Positions 1 through 12,525 are shown, numbered from the stretch's first letter. The stretch is 64,000 nucleotides of DNA from Octopus sinensis (GCF_006345805.1 NC_043019.1:3472001-3536000); one strand, 5' to 3'. Made by a program: numbers and translations. The notes: generated by a model from the letters alone, not told the origin.

Positions 1-237
1 CAACAACAACAACACCACCACCACCACCATCAACACCACTACCAACAACACCACCACCACCATCACCACTACCACCGCTGCTGCCGCCGCCACCACCACA
101 CCCCCGCCACCCCCACCCCACCCCCACCACTACCACCACCACCACTACCACCACCACCATCATCATCATCATTATCATCGTCATCATATTCTTCATCATT
201 TTAACCACCATTACCACCACCACCATCGTCATTAACC

Positions 238-467
238 ATGAAGGAGCTTTTATGCACATCTTGAACTGCTCCGGCAAAATGCTTAGTGGCATTTCGTCTG
301 TCTTTACATTCTGAGTTCAAATTCCACCAAGGCTGACTTTGCCTTTCATCCTTTTGGAGTTGATAAAATAAGTACCAGTTGCATACTGGGTTCAATGTAA
401 TCAATTTATTCCCTCTCCCAAAATTTCAGACCTTGTCCCTTTAATAGAAAGGATTGTTTATAGCTTT
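238..467 (+). mobile_element. SINE family A, older subfamily with alternative tail
   Basis: Shares GAGTTCAAATTCC...GCCTTTCATCCTTT...AAGTACCAG. Similar copies at 31355-31556 (-), 57190-57920 (-, interrupted) and 41630-41820. Further A fragments at 11262-11376, 12103-12225, 15324-15480, 30262-30362, 31096-31181 and 44515-44555. Confidence 0.75.
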
Positions 468-695
468 ATGCGGGTGGTTTGAGACCTACTATCCCACCCC
501 AAAATTGTTTCATGTTCTCTCAAAAGTTTATAAAATTATTATGATGTCTACGACTATCACAACACATTCTTCTCTTTCTGCTTCGTCCCCTGCTCTCTCA
601 TTCCTTACTTTTCGTTTACTTTTGTCACCCTTTTGCTTTCTTCCCTGTTTTTAGACTCTCCTCCGGACCCCTCTCTCTCAAATACATGTACTTAC

Positions 696-844
696 CTCTT
701 GTAATGACGATATACTGCTCAGTTTGTTTTGTTTAAATCTAATGTCTAAAATGCTGTCAGAATACATGCCACAAGTATCAGAAACTCGGAGTTTCAGTTT
801 AAATAAATCAATATCTGGAATACTGGAATTCAAGTATATCCCAC
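696..844 (-). CDS. Cadherin-domain gene, exon 6 (second half of cadherin repeat)
   Basis: Acceptor ATTTTAG, donor GTAAGT, 149 nt, phase 1-0: GIYLNSSIPDIDLFKLKLRVSDTCGMYSDSILDIRFKQNKLSSISSLQE. The gene presumably continues left of the window. Confidence 0.85.
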
Positions 845-1988
845 CTAAAATATAAAAAAGAAAACGAAATCAATATTGATTTGTATCAGTGATGCAGAGA
901 TATCAATTAAATAGATTGCAGAAGGCCATTTTAGCTCTTAGTGAAGGAAAGGCAGCAACCATTGTTGTGCTAAGCATAATGGATAGAACCAAATATTTGG
1001 GATTTAAAAAACAGGAACATTAAGTATGGTTTAAAGTGGTCCTTTATTAGTTACACACTATCGTATAATCCTGGTAATTTTAAGTGTGATGTTTGCCTGG
1101 AAGAAATATATTATATAATTACACTTGAATTAACATTATTAAATTATAAAGGTAATTTTACACTGAAATGTTCTCACAAATATAGAAAAGCATTTAAATA
1201 TTACAGCTTTAAATAACCTGCTAATGATAATTTCTTTTTATATAATATAATATTCACAATTTTCTAAAAATGTTTAGCATATTTAATAGATAGATAACTA
1301 ATTATCATAACATAGAATTCATGTTTATTTTTTATCTTCTCATTATCCACTGAAATCATCAAAAGTTAAATACTAAACTGGTTTTTATTAGAACATTGTA
1401 TTTCTTCTTAATGATCTGTTTGTATGTATTTGTCTACTCAAGATATTTTCTTAGTTCACTTTGAATTTAAACAATTTTGAATTGCTTTTATAATGTTGTG
1501 TTAACAACATGTATTTTTGGATGTATAAAATTGACTGATATTTTCTTTATCTAAATATGTTGACACAATAGAAACGATCGTTGGTATTGTATGGCATAGT
1601 CACCAATTAAAGATGTGATTTTCTTCATTCTTGTTTTTGCTATATAATTATATATGTGTATAAAAAATGGAACAAAAACGCAATAGAGAACATTAAAACG
1701 TTCAGACAGACAACACAAAGGCAGACAAGAGAAACAACAATTAGGACAGGCAAAAAAGATGGGTCGTTCTTGGTTTTCTTTCTTCAGTCAAGTACCAGAA
1801 GTCACGAGCATTTCGAACAATATATATATTATATAAAAAGAAATTTGTGCACTCACTCATACATATATATATATATATACATACATACACTTGTAGTCAC
1901 ACACATGCACTCAGATACACATATGTACATATATATATATGTATGTATATGTGTGTATGCATATCTATCTATGTATATACATATATAA

Positions 1989-2075
<87 letters not shown>

Positions 2076-2076
<1 letters not shown>

Positions 2077-2143
2077 TAGCTGAAGGTGACCCGCTCTACG
2101 CGCGGGTAAGAGCGTGGGTGTTACTTTCTGTTGCTTCCTTTCA
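2076..2143 (-). mobile_element. Helitron-type 3' end fragment
   Basis: Hairpin ACCCGCGCGTAGAGCGGGT followed by CAGCTAG|T. A similar plus-strand stub lies at 40930-40957. Confidence 0.5.
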
Positions 2144-2454
2144 GCACGTAAAAAGCACCATCCGAACGTGGCCGATTGCAGCACCGCCTTGACTTGCTTC
2201 TGTGCTGGTGGCACGTAAGAAGCACCAACCGATCGTTGCCACTGCGAGCCCCCCTGGCACCAGTGCCGGCGGCACGAAAAAAGCACTCACTACACTCACA
2301 GAGTGGTTGGCGTTAGGAAGGTCATCCACATGTAGAAACACTGCCAGATCAGACTGGAGCCTGGTGCAGCCTCCTGGCTTCCGAGACCCCGGTCACACTG
2401 CCCAACCCGTGCTAGCACGGAAAACGGACGTGAAACGATGATGATGATGATGAT
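2144..2454 (+). mobile_element. SINE-like family D with (GAT)n tail
   Basis: Internal GGTGGCACGTAAAAAGCACC repeats, GGTTGGCGTTAGGAAGG block and ...AAACGATGATG tail. Also at 54728-55165 (+), 62373-62902 (-) and as a fragment at 11200-11247. Confidence 0.85.
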
Positions 2455-3278
2455 TCTCCGTATTTGTTTCTCTCTCCTTTCTCTCTCACTTTCCCACTCT
2501 CTTACTTTTCTTTTCTCTCTGACTCTCCCTCGCGTTCTCTTACTCTCTATCTTTATCTATCTCTCTCCCATTTCTAAACAACAGAAGATCTTGAGTAAGT
2601 TGAGAAATAAAATATTTACAAAGATCAATCAGAAATATGAGGCAGTGGCAATGGAAAGGTCTGCTTCAAGGCAGACAGCAAAACGCTAACATTCAAAAGG
2701 GACAGACGAACTTGCGAGCTGAATAAAAGTAATAAAATATTGGAAACCAAAGTTTGAAGGGATAGAATCTGAGGATAGTAGAGTCACCATGGCTGGCATT
2801 TGTTAACGACGGACAGCAACGTAGTGACAGTTTAACGGCTGGCGTAAAATTTTGAACTTGATGTAAAAGAAAATTCGTAAACACCAATTTTTGAAGTGAT
2901 TCTTTCTCACGACAGTAGACTCACCATGGCAAGCATTCAAAACTTCTTTATCATGGACGGCAACACATTGACGATTAAAAGGCTGGCGCAAATTTTTTAG
3001 CTTGATGCAACAGAGAATTGCTAAACACCCACTCTTTGAAATTTTAATCCCCTTCCAGCCCCATTTAGACCCCTTTTCACTTTTTGGTTAATATAACCCG
3101 ATTTCATTCGGGTGTACTGGGGCCACATTTTATAAGATGAGGAATTTTGTCCTAGAGGTGACGCCTTTCATTTGAGGAACAAAATAGTTGTGATGCAAAC
3201 TTGTCAGCACCTTTAACATAGGTGTGCATATTTTCAGGTGAATCGACCGACTACGTAATGCACACATATATATATGTG

Positions 3279-3329
<51 letters not shown>

Positions 3330-3470
3330 ACGCATTATATATACAAATGTATACAAATGAGATATATATCTGTATAAATTAAATTAGAGATAAAACCACT
3401 AATAGGCAAATGAAACAGTGAAAAACCAAAAACAAAAACATAAAAAAGAAAATATAACATAGAAAATATA

Positions 3471-4487
3471 TCTATATATATAAAACTGTAGTTGTGTGAG
3501 TGTCTGTCCCCTTCGATTTAGATTCCTAACTACTCCCAAATTTTGCGGTGCAGTTTAACCAAATTCGGGTATCTTATAGTCGTGATTCATATCGAGCCCG
3601 TCTGGGTATTAGCGCGCGTCTACGATGAGTGTACGATTTTAAAAATAATTTAACATCATTTTTTATTCCATTTTAATGCATATTTTTTCGTGTGTCGATG
3701 GCGGCGGAGTTGGCGTCCACGCTCACGCCTGCACCTGTGTTGCTTCTCCCCCTTCTTCCCTCCCTCGTGAAGCTGTGGGGAAGGGAGTGTAAGGAAATCA
3801 ACGTCGTAATGCGTTGTGAAGGAGACCAGCGTTCTTTTAGAACAACGACTTCATGGCTTGAAGACACCAAAACAGAAATCGCTAAAAAAGCTGAAACAGA
3901 TCCACAAAAACGGCAAAAACCGCCACACAGGGCAGGTTTCCTGTGCAAACAATTTGCACAACCGAATGTTTTAGTTGTTGCACAAATCTTTATATATAAA
4001 AGTAAGGTTGTGTGTCTGTCTCCTACGATTTAGATTCCTAACTACTCCCACATTTTGCGGTGCAGTGTAACCAAAACCAGGTATCTTATAGTCGTGATTC
4101 ATATCGAGCCCTTCTGGGTATTAGCGCGCGTCTACGATGAGTCTACGATTTAAAAAAAAATTACCATCATTTTTTATTCCATTTTAATGCATTTTTCGCT
4201 ATTATATAAGGGAAGTAACTCTCTAAAAATGTCTACGATGAGTCAACGATTAAAAAAAAAATTACCATCATTTTTTTATTCCATTTTAATGCATTTTTCG
4301 CTATTATATAAGGGAAGTAACTCTGTAAAAATGTCTACGATGAGTCAACGATTTAAAAAAGAAATTACTATCATTTTTTATTCCGTCTTTAATGCATTTT
4401 TTGCTATTTTTTTTGCTATAACTCACTAAAAATGCTTATATAGTTATTTCCCTTACAAACCCGAGCAACGCCGGGCGATACTGCTAG
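3471..4487 (+). mobile_element. Non-autonomous Helitron with two 5' heads
   Basis: A|TCTATATATATAAAA start, second head at 3987, 3' hairpin CCCGAGCAACGCCGGG then CTAG|T. Confidence 0.85.
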
Positions 4488-4837
4488 TAAAATATAAAAT
4501 TGAAAACTTTAAATTATTTAAATTGAAAATAAAAATTATGAAATTATATTTATAATTTGTTTAAAAATATATAACTGAAAAAGTATGAAAAAGTTTAATA
4601 TACATAAATACAGATATATACACTTTGTATATATACATTATATATACATATTTATATATAGAACACACACACACACATACATTATATATACATATTTATA
4701 TATAGAACACACACACACACACACATACATTATATATACATATTTATATATAGAACACACACACACACATACATTATATATACATATTTATATATAGAAC
4801 ACACACACACATACATTATATATACATATATATATAG

Positions 4838-4877
<40 letters not shown>

Positions 4878-5270
4878 AATGAACGCAAGAATATCTGATT
4901 CATAATATTTGTTCTCATGCTCGTGTGTTGATTGTTGGTGACAGACATATACTTCAAAGAACGCCGCCGAAGTGATAGGAAGGTAGGAAACAGAGTCAGT
5001 GAAAAAGAAAGGAAATAGCGATAGTGACAGATACTTTAAATAACCGTAGTGGCATTCTGAAAGTTATAAATGAAGAGGAGTGACAGAGTACTGGAGGAAA
5101 TAGGGTGAGGTAGGAAGATGGCCCCTAGAAACCACAGCTTTTAAGATAGGGATTTCTAAGGTAGCCCACGCGCATCGTCACCTCATTCTACATGTCCGTG
5201 TAAATTTTGGAGCCAATCGGACGGGATGTAGTGGCATTGAAAGCGAACCAAGCGGTAAAAACGCATTTCA

Positions 5271-5346
<76 letters not shown>

Positions 5347-5349
5347 CAC

Positions 5350-5485
5350 ATACATACACTAATAGTCACTCACATACACTCAATTACACATATGTACATA
5401 TGTATGTATAAGTGTGTATGCATATCTATCTATGTATATATGTGTGTGACTATATATGTGTATTTATATGTATATACATATATAA

Positions 5486-5526
<41 letters not shown>

Positions 5527-5678
5527 TACACATACACATACATACACACATAGTCACACACATACACTCAGGTACACATGTGTACATATATATATGCATG
5601 TATGTGTGTCCTGCATATCTATCTATGTATATATGTGTGTGACTATATATGTGTATTTATATGTATATACATATATAA

Positions 5679-5729
<51 letters not shown>

Positions 5730-5895
5730 CATATATATATGTATACACATACACACATAGTCACACACATACACTCAGGTACACATGTGTACATATATAT
5801 ATGTATGTATATGTGTGTATGCATATCTATCTATGTATATATGTGTGTGATTTATATATGTGTATTTATATGTATATACATATATAAGTGTATGT
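5350..5895 (+). repeat. About 190-bp cryptic microsatellite-derived unit, three tandem copies
   Basis: AGTCACACACATACACTCAG...GCATATCTATCTATGT...ATAAGTGT repeated three times, with a fourth copy at about 1875-1992. Confidence 0.8.
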
Positions 5896-5968
5896 GTGTG
5901 TGTGTTGCGCATGCATGTGTGCATGTGTATGTGTGTACAACAGAAAAAAACTTTGAAGGGATATATAC

Positions 5969-6145
5969 CACTTTCAGAATCCAAATAGAATGAAATATTC
6001 TCCTTGGAAAATTCTATGAACTGGAAGAAGATTTTGTCCTGTCTGTCATCATCACGTGCTTTTATACTAAACACCAATGTCCCCTTAGTAGTGTTTCTTG
6101 GAACAGATATCACAGCAGGTAGATTCTGAAACACTGGTGCTTTAC
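5969..6145 (-). CDS. Cadherin-domain gene, exon 5 (first half of cadherin repeat)
   Basis: Acceptor TTTGCCCACAG, donor GTATAT, 177 nt, phase 1-1: [58 protein letters not shown]. Shows the cadherin PxF, GT-V and AxDxD pattern. Confidence 0.85.
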
Positions 6146-6353
6146 CTGTGGGCAAAGATACATAGTGGTATGTTTTATTTCATAATTTAATTGGTAGAAA
6201 CATGTCTACAGGTGTCTTGGCGACTAAGTATATCCACTCCCACGCAAAATGCTGTTTATATGACAATTCAATGAATGCAATTTTATGCGCATGTAGTTGC
6301 AGCTATGGTTAGGAGTGCAGATGTGGCTGTGTGGTAAGAAATTTGCTTCCCAA

Positions 6354-6868
6354 GGCGGCGAGCTGGCAGAAACGTTAGCACGTCGGACAAAATGCTTATT
6401 GGTATTTCGTCTACCGTTACGTTCTGAGTTCAAATTCCGCCGAGGTCGACTTTGCCTTTCATCCTTTCGGGGTCGATTAAATAAGTACCAGTTACGCACT
6501 GGGATCGATGTAATCGACTTAATCCGTTTGTTTGTCCTTGTTTGTCCTCTCTGTGTTTAGCCCCTTGTGGGTAGTAAAGAAATAGGTATTTCGTCTGTCG
6601 CTACGTTCTGTGTTCAAATTCCGCCGGGGTCGACTTTGCCTTTCATCCTTTCGAGGTCGATAAATTAAGTACCAGTTACGCACTGGGATCGATGTAATCC
6701 CTATGTCTGTCTTTGTTTGTCCCCTCTATGTTTAGCCCCTTGTGGGTAGTAAAGAAATAGATATTTCGTCTGCTGTTATGTTCTGAGTTCAAATTCCGTC
6801 GAAGTCGACTTTGCCTTTCATCCTTTCGGGGTCGATTAAATAAGTACCAGTTACGCACTGGGGTCGAT
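6354..6868 (+). mobile_element. SINE family A, three-unit array fused to family B pieces
   Basis: Units start at 6354, 6585 and 6760. Preceded by a B-family head (6320-6352) and ended by an inverted B head (6867-6962). Confidence 0.85.
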
Positions 6869-6961
6869 AGAAGACACTTTCCCAAGGTGCCACACTGTGG
6901 GACTGAACTTGGAACCAAGTGGTGGGTAAGCAAGCTACTTACCACACAGCCACTCCTGCGC

Positions 6962-6996
<35 letters not shown>

Positions 6997-7299
6997 CGTG
7001 TATATATACATTAATACACCCCCACACACACACATACACACACACATTCACACACATATATATATGTATACGCACACACTCATCTTTATGTTGTTTTTGT
7101 ATGCGTTATTTCTCTTCTTTTCTGTATTTAAATCAATATTGTTTGTCATTAAGTATTGTATAACACTTTTGCACCTATACCTGTTGTTTATAAAGCCATG
7201 TTTCTTTTATATCTCTGCATATCACATACAAATACTCTTTATCCCATGTTCTATGAATGCATAGGCTCTAGTAACAAGCAATGAAATTATTATCGTTAT

Positions 7300-7867
7300 T
7301 ATTATTATTATTGAGTGAGAGAGCAGTGCATGCCATCAAAGTGACACTGGGGTAAAATATACGAAGTCCAGTATACCCATCATGACTACCCATCTGATAA
7401 GGGTACACCAGGCACATGCATCATAACCATATGTCAGCAACATGGTAATCTCATATCAAGATAAACAGCATATGACCTTGCAGGTGGGGCCCATTTAGAA
7501 TTTTCTTCTGGTCAAGTAAGCCATCCCGCTCAAAAGGTCCCTGAATAAGGGTTGTTTAAGGATGTTGAACGAAACACCCATGTTTCCAGAGGTGAATTAT
7601 TCAAACCCCCAAGAATCCCTCTCAACACATGGCTATGATGCTCCTCCACTACTTCTGCTCGTGATCAGAGATGCACATATCGTCAGCCACTAAGGGACAT
7701 GCTCAACTGGTTAAGGTCAAACAACTGACAAGCAAATCTGTGGTATTGAGCAGAATATTTGCTGTAGCCCATCTTTTATACCAAGACAAAACTATGTACA
7801 CGATAACACTTCCAATCAGTTAAGATCAGAAGCCATGAGAGCCACTACCTGGTACTGCACCAGGGCG
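7300..7867 (-). mobile_element. About 570-bp non-coding retroposon-like insert ending in (AAT)n
   Basis: Complex sequence bounded by (TAT)n on both sides, with a minus-strand end CTCTCTCACTC(AAT)n. Family not recognised. Confidence 0.5.
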
Positions 7868-7960
7868 ATTATTATCATCATCATCATGATCATTATTATT
7901 ATTATATTATTATTATTTTTATTGTTGTTGTTGTTGTTGTTGTTGTTGTTCTATACCTAC

Positions 7961-8116
7961 CAGATGAAAGAACTGCTTTCACAGCATAGTTACAATCTTC
8001 AATAACTCTGACAGGAAATTGAAATGTGTCTCCGATCTTCAGGGATGGCATCTTCGATGTTCTCAAGATGGTACTTCTGGTTGCAGCATTCTTATTGTAT
8101 GTGATCATATCACGTC
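7961..8116 (-). CDS. Cadherin-domain gene, exon 4
   Basis: Acceptor TTATTCAG, donor GTAGGT, 156 nt, phase 1-1: RDMITYNKNAATRSTILRTSKMPSLKIGDTFQFPVRVIEDCNYAVKAVLSS. Confidence 0.8.
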
Positions 8117-8147
8117 CTGAATAAGACCTAATAAAGCAAATTATGCA

Positions 8148-8227
<80 letters not shown>

Positions 8228-8310
8228 ATAAGATCGTTAATTTAAAATAAAATAACGATTCTATCAAGTGGTCAGCATGGAAAAAATAACCTTCAAAGGT
8301 AATAATTGAA

Positions 8311-8530
8311 ATTATAAAATAGGGTATTTACGAGATACCACCATGCTAAAACAGCAGCCATGATCTGACTCTAAAACCACCTAAATTGTCCATATTAATT
8401 TTTTACTAGTTTCATCTTGTCTCTGTTTTCTCTTGGTGTTTGCGATATGGACAATTAAGGTGGTTTTAGAGTCAGATCATGGCTGCTATTTTCAGCATGG
8501 TAGTATCTCGTAGATACCCTGATTTATAAT
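8311..8530. repeat. Foldback with about 85-bp arms
   Basis: 8311-8395 and 8445-8530 are near-perfect reverse complements. A single arm recurs at 54365-54455. Confidence 0.85.
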
Positions 8531-8571
8531 TTTAAATATCTATCTGTGTGTGTGTGTGTGTGTGTGTGTGT

Positions 8572-9863
8572 AGAATATAGTAAATGTATTGGTAGGTAGA
8601 TGACTGGTGTCTTGTCAGTTTATGATATTTATGTATTTATGCATTTATACAAAACATAAGGTAAAGCAAATGCTATGATGTGCTTAACTCATAAGAGATC
8701 AGTAATAGTTTGACTTAGAAGTGTTAATAGTGATAGTGAAATATGCTCACATACACCTGGAGTAGCTGCAAGTCCATAGTATTAATATGATTTTTAAAAG
8801 TTGTCAGATCTTTTGTTTACAAAGTTTGTAAGAAGCTAGAGACTGAAGATAGATACGTATTACCAGTCAAAGCATAAAAAGCATTCTAACCCCTCTGAAA
8901 TCATCAGAATACCTGAATTTATCCAGCAAGTTTAACAGACCATTGATTACAATCTCAGAAAGCCCATGAGGTCAATTGCAAAAGATATCCACGTGTCAGA
9001 AGGAACAGTCAGAAATGTTGTCCATAAAGACATCAGATATAAAGTTTTATATGAGGAAAGGTCAATTTATTAGAAAAAGTAAACAAAAATCACTACAGCA
9101 GATCTAAAAGACTCTTAAACGAAATGAAGGATCCAGCAGAAGAAGATTTGATTTGGTTTTTCTCAAAACACAAAAAAACTTTGACCAAGATCAAAATGTC
9201 AACAAAAGAAATGACAGATGGTTATGTGCAGACCCTTCTGAAGTTCCAAGTGTTATGCATACAAAATTTCTTGCAATTGTCATGGTTTTAGGGGTTGTCA
9301 GCAATCTCGGACATGTGATGCTTCCTTATTTCTTTCCACAAGGCCTTAGAGCTAACTCTGCCGTCTACATTGAGGTCCTGGAAATAATTGTTAAACCCTG
9401 GATAGACAGTGTATGCAATAGAAGGCCATATATGTTTCAGTAAGGCTCTGCACTATCACACATGGCTCTAGTGACACAGGAATGGATGGCTGAAAATCTC
9501 CATGATCACATAACCCCTAATATTTGGTCTCCTAATTCCCCAGATCTCAATCCATTGAACATGTGGAGCGTTGTTGAGAGAGAGGTCAATGGACATGCCC
9601 ATAACACCAAGGATTCTTTGGAAGCTGCCATAGTCAGAATAATGTCCAAAATACACCAGGACCTCTTGATTCATGCATGTAGATGATTCAGATCTCATAT
9701 GGAAGCAGTTGTTGAGGCTAAAGGTGGCTTTATTGAATAAAATTAATGAAAAGAAGGTTTATTTTTTATTCTCATAGCATTTTTTGATAAATAAAGTTAT
9801 CTGTTATTAGGTATCTGTTTTTTTATTAACATAAATCTGTCCTCAAATATCTTATGCACCCTG
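8572..9863 (+). mobile_element. DD37D (maT-type) Tc1/mariner element, dead
   Basis: NFDQDQNVNKRNDRW, VMVLGVVS, WSPNSPDLNPL and AKGGFIE motifs; 37 residues between the D2 and D3 positions, both mutated. Right TIR ...TTATGCACCCTG followed by TA. Confidence 0.9.
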
Positions 9864-9919
9864 TATTTATACACATACATACCTAAATACATACATATGT
9901 ACGTACGTACATACATACA

Positions 9920-9950
<31 letters not shown>

Positions 9951-9971
9951 GTACGTACGTACGTACATACA

Positions 9972-10003
<32 letters not shown>

Positions 10004-10580
10004 CGTACATACATACATACATACGTACATACATACATACATAAATACATACATACATACATAAATACATACATACATACATACATACATACATAAATAC
10101 ATACATACATACATACATACATACATAAATACATACATACATACATATGTACGTACATACATACATACATACATAAATACATACATACATACATACATAC
10201 ATACATACTACATACATACATGCATGCATGCATGCATACATACATACATACATACATACATACATACATACATACATACATACATACATACATACATACA
10301 TACATACATACATGCATACATACATACATACATACATACATACATACATACATACATACATACATACATACATACATAATACATACATACATACATACAT
10401 ACATACATACATAAATACATAAATACATACATACATACATACATACATACATACATACATACATACATACATACATACATACATACATACATACATACAT
10501 ACATACATACATGCATGCATGCATACATACATACATACATACATACATACATACATACATACATACATACATACATACAT
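9864..10580. repeat. (TACA)n microsatellite, about 0.7 kb
   Basis: Direct inspection. Similar (ATGT)n tracts at 14645-15280, 27758-27820 and 28070-28460. Confidence 0.98.
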
Positions 10581-10628
10581 GCACCCAAAGTCTTATAGTG
10601 AAATTTGCTATATGAAACTTGTATAGAC

Positions 10629-10712
10629 CATACCATCCAATCATATCTCCTGTGTTTACCATAATAGACTGTTCCGGGGTAACAGGAAAAACCAGTTTTT
10701 TCTGTATATTAT
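10629..10712 (-). CDS. Cadherin-domain gene, exon 3
   Basis: Acceptor TTTTCTACAG, 84 nt, phase 1-1: (D)NIQKKLVFPVTPEQSIMVNTGDMIGWY(G). The donor GTCTAT is weak but is the nearby GT that keeps frame with the next exon. Confidence 0.65.
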
Positions 10713-11380
10713 CTGTAGAAAATAAGTAAATATATTAGATAATAACAATACCAACAACAATAATTACCAGAATAACACAAACAAAAACATGAATTAAAGT
10801 GAATATGAGTGAGAATTAAGAATAAAGATTTCTGAAAATAGAACCCTTGAACTATTAATCTAAAATCAGAAATAATTACAAAAAACAATTAAATTAAAGG
10901 AAGATCTCCATTTGGACTAATGTGAGAACTTGTCAAGAATCCTAAAATAATATCAATGATAGGAAACACCAATTTGGCTGTCACAGACTTAATATACACA
11001 GACACGAATATCAATATTACCATGTTAAAGGCAATAACATCTACAGCAGTTTTTAGGTTTGTTTTAAATTTTTATGCTTTTAAATATGTTTGCTCTGACT
11101 GGCATCGGGCTGGAGAAATTGACTGAATTTGAGGCTTAATTTTCCATTAATTTCTTTAAATAACTATGCAAAGTCAGAAAGGACATAATTAGAAACTAGT
11201 AGGGTGCCAAGAGCACCATCCGAGCGTAATCGTTGCCAGAGCAGCCAATTCATATTAATTTGAGGGTCGATTAAATAAGTACCATTTAGTACTGGGGTCG
11301 ATATAATCGACTTAATCCGTTTGTCTGTCCTTGTTTGTCCTTTTGTGTTTAGCCCCTTGTGGGTAGTAAAGAAATACGTA

Positions 11381-12083
11381 TTGCTTCTGCACCTGCAATA
11401 TTTACCAGATTTAGCACCTACAGGCTTCCATCTCTTCCCCACGAGGAAAAGACAGCTCAAATGTTGCTGCTTTAACACCATTGTCAATATCCAGAGCAAA
11501 TTACAGAAGGTCCTCAACTCACAGAAGGTCCTTGACTCGCAGAAGATCCTCAACTTGCAGAAGGTCCTTGACTCATAGAAGATCCTCAACTTGCAGAAGG
11601 TCCTTGACTCATAGAAGATCCTCGACTTGCAGAAGGTCCTCAACTTGCAAAGGGTCCTCGACTCACAGAAGATCCTTGACTTGCAGAAGATCCTCGACTT
11701 GCAGAAAGTCCTTGACTCACAGAAAATCCTCTACTTGCAGAAGGTCCTTGACTCGCAGAAAATCCTCTACTTGCAGAAGGTCCTTGACTCATAGAAGATC
11801 CTGAACTTGCAGAAGGTCCTTGACTCATAGAAGATCCTCGACTTGCAGAAGGTCCTCAACTTGCAAAGGGTCCTCGACTCACAGAAGATCCTTGACTTGC
11901 AGAAGGTCCTTGACTCACAAAAAACAACTTCCAGGCCGGATTCCAAAAGTGGCAGCAACACTGGGATTGGTCCATTGCTGCGGAAGGTGACTATTTCGAA
12001 GGAGATTATGTTAAAACTTAGCTAAATAAGTTAAATTTTATTAAATCTAACTAGTCCAGGAACCTTTTTGATACCACTTTGTC
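11381..12083 (+). mobile_element. Mariner 3' fragment containing an expanded minisatellite
   Basis: YLPDLAPTGFHLFP...KVLDS-[repeat]-NFQAGFQKW...AEGDYFEGD-stop, then TIR-like GGAACCTTTTTGATACCAC. Confidence 0.85.
11503..11916 (+). repeat. 18-bp minisatellite, 23 units
   Basis: Unit RCAGAAGRTCCTYRACTY with a 216-bp higher-order repeat (variant unit at 11647 and 11863). Confidence 0.95.
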
Positions 12084-12280
12084 AACTGGGACTTATTTTA
12101 TCAACCCTGAAATGATGAAAGGCAAAGTCGACCTTGGTAGAATTTGAACTGAGTATGTAAAGGCGGACGAAATGCCACTAAGCAATTTTTCCTGGCACAG
12201 TAACGACTCTGCCAACTCGCTGTCTTAATAATAGTAATGGTGATGATGACAATGAAGATGATGATGATGATGACGATGAT

Positions 12281-12315
<35 letters not shown>

Positions 12316-12488
12316 TGATGATGATAATGACGATGACGATGACAATGAAGATGATGATGATGATGAATGATGATGATGATGATGATGATGAAGATGACGA
12401 TGACGGTGACGATGATGATGATGATGATAATGATGATGATGATGATGATGATGGTGATGGTGATGGTGATGATGATTGTGATGGTGAT

Positions 12489-12525
<37 letters not shown>

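Noticed and set aside
9797-10662. MYVC/HTYI repeat ORFs (also 14606-15403, 27945-28458, 37568-38217, 43184-43463)
   Set aside because: Artefacts of (ATGT)n, (TA)n and (GATA)n tracts.
10900-11040. Open hydrophobic frame after a CTGTAG acceptor on the minus strand
   Set aside because: No phase-compatible donor, and exons 2 and 3 already join cleanly without it.
11481-11804. Arg/Ser/Cys-rich protamine-like ORF (RRSSTCRRSLTH)
   Set aside because: An alternative frame of the 18-bp minisatellite inside a dead mariner. It ends in a stop within the array.
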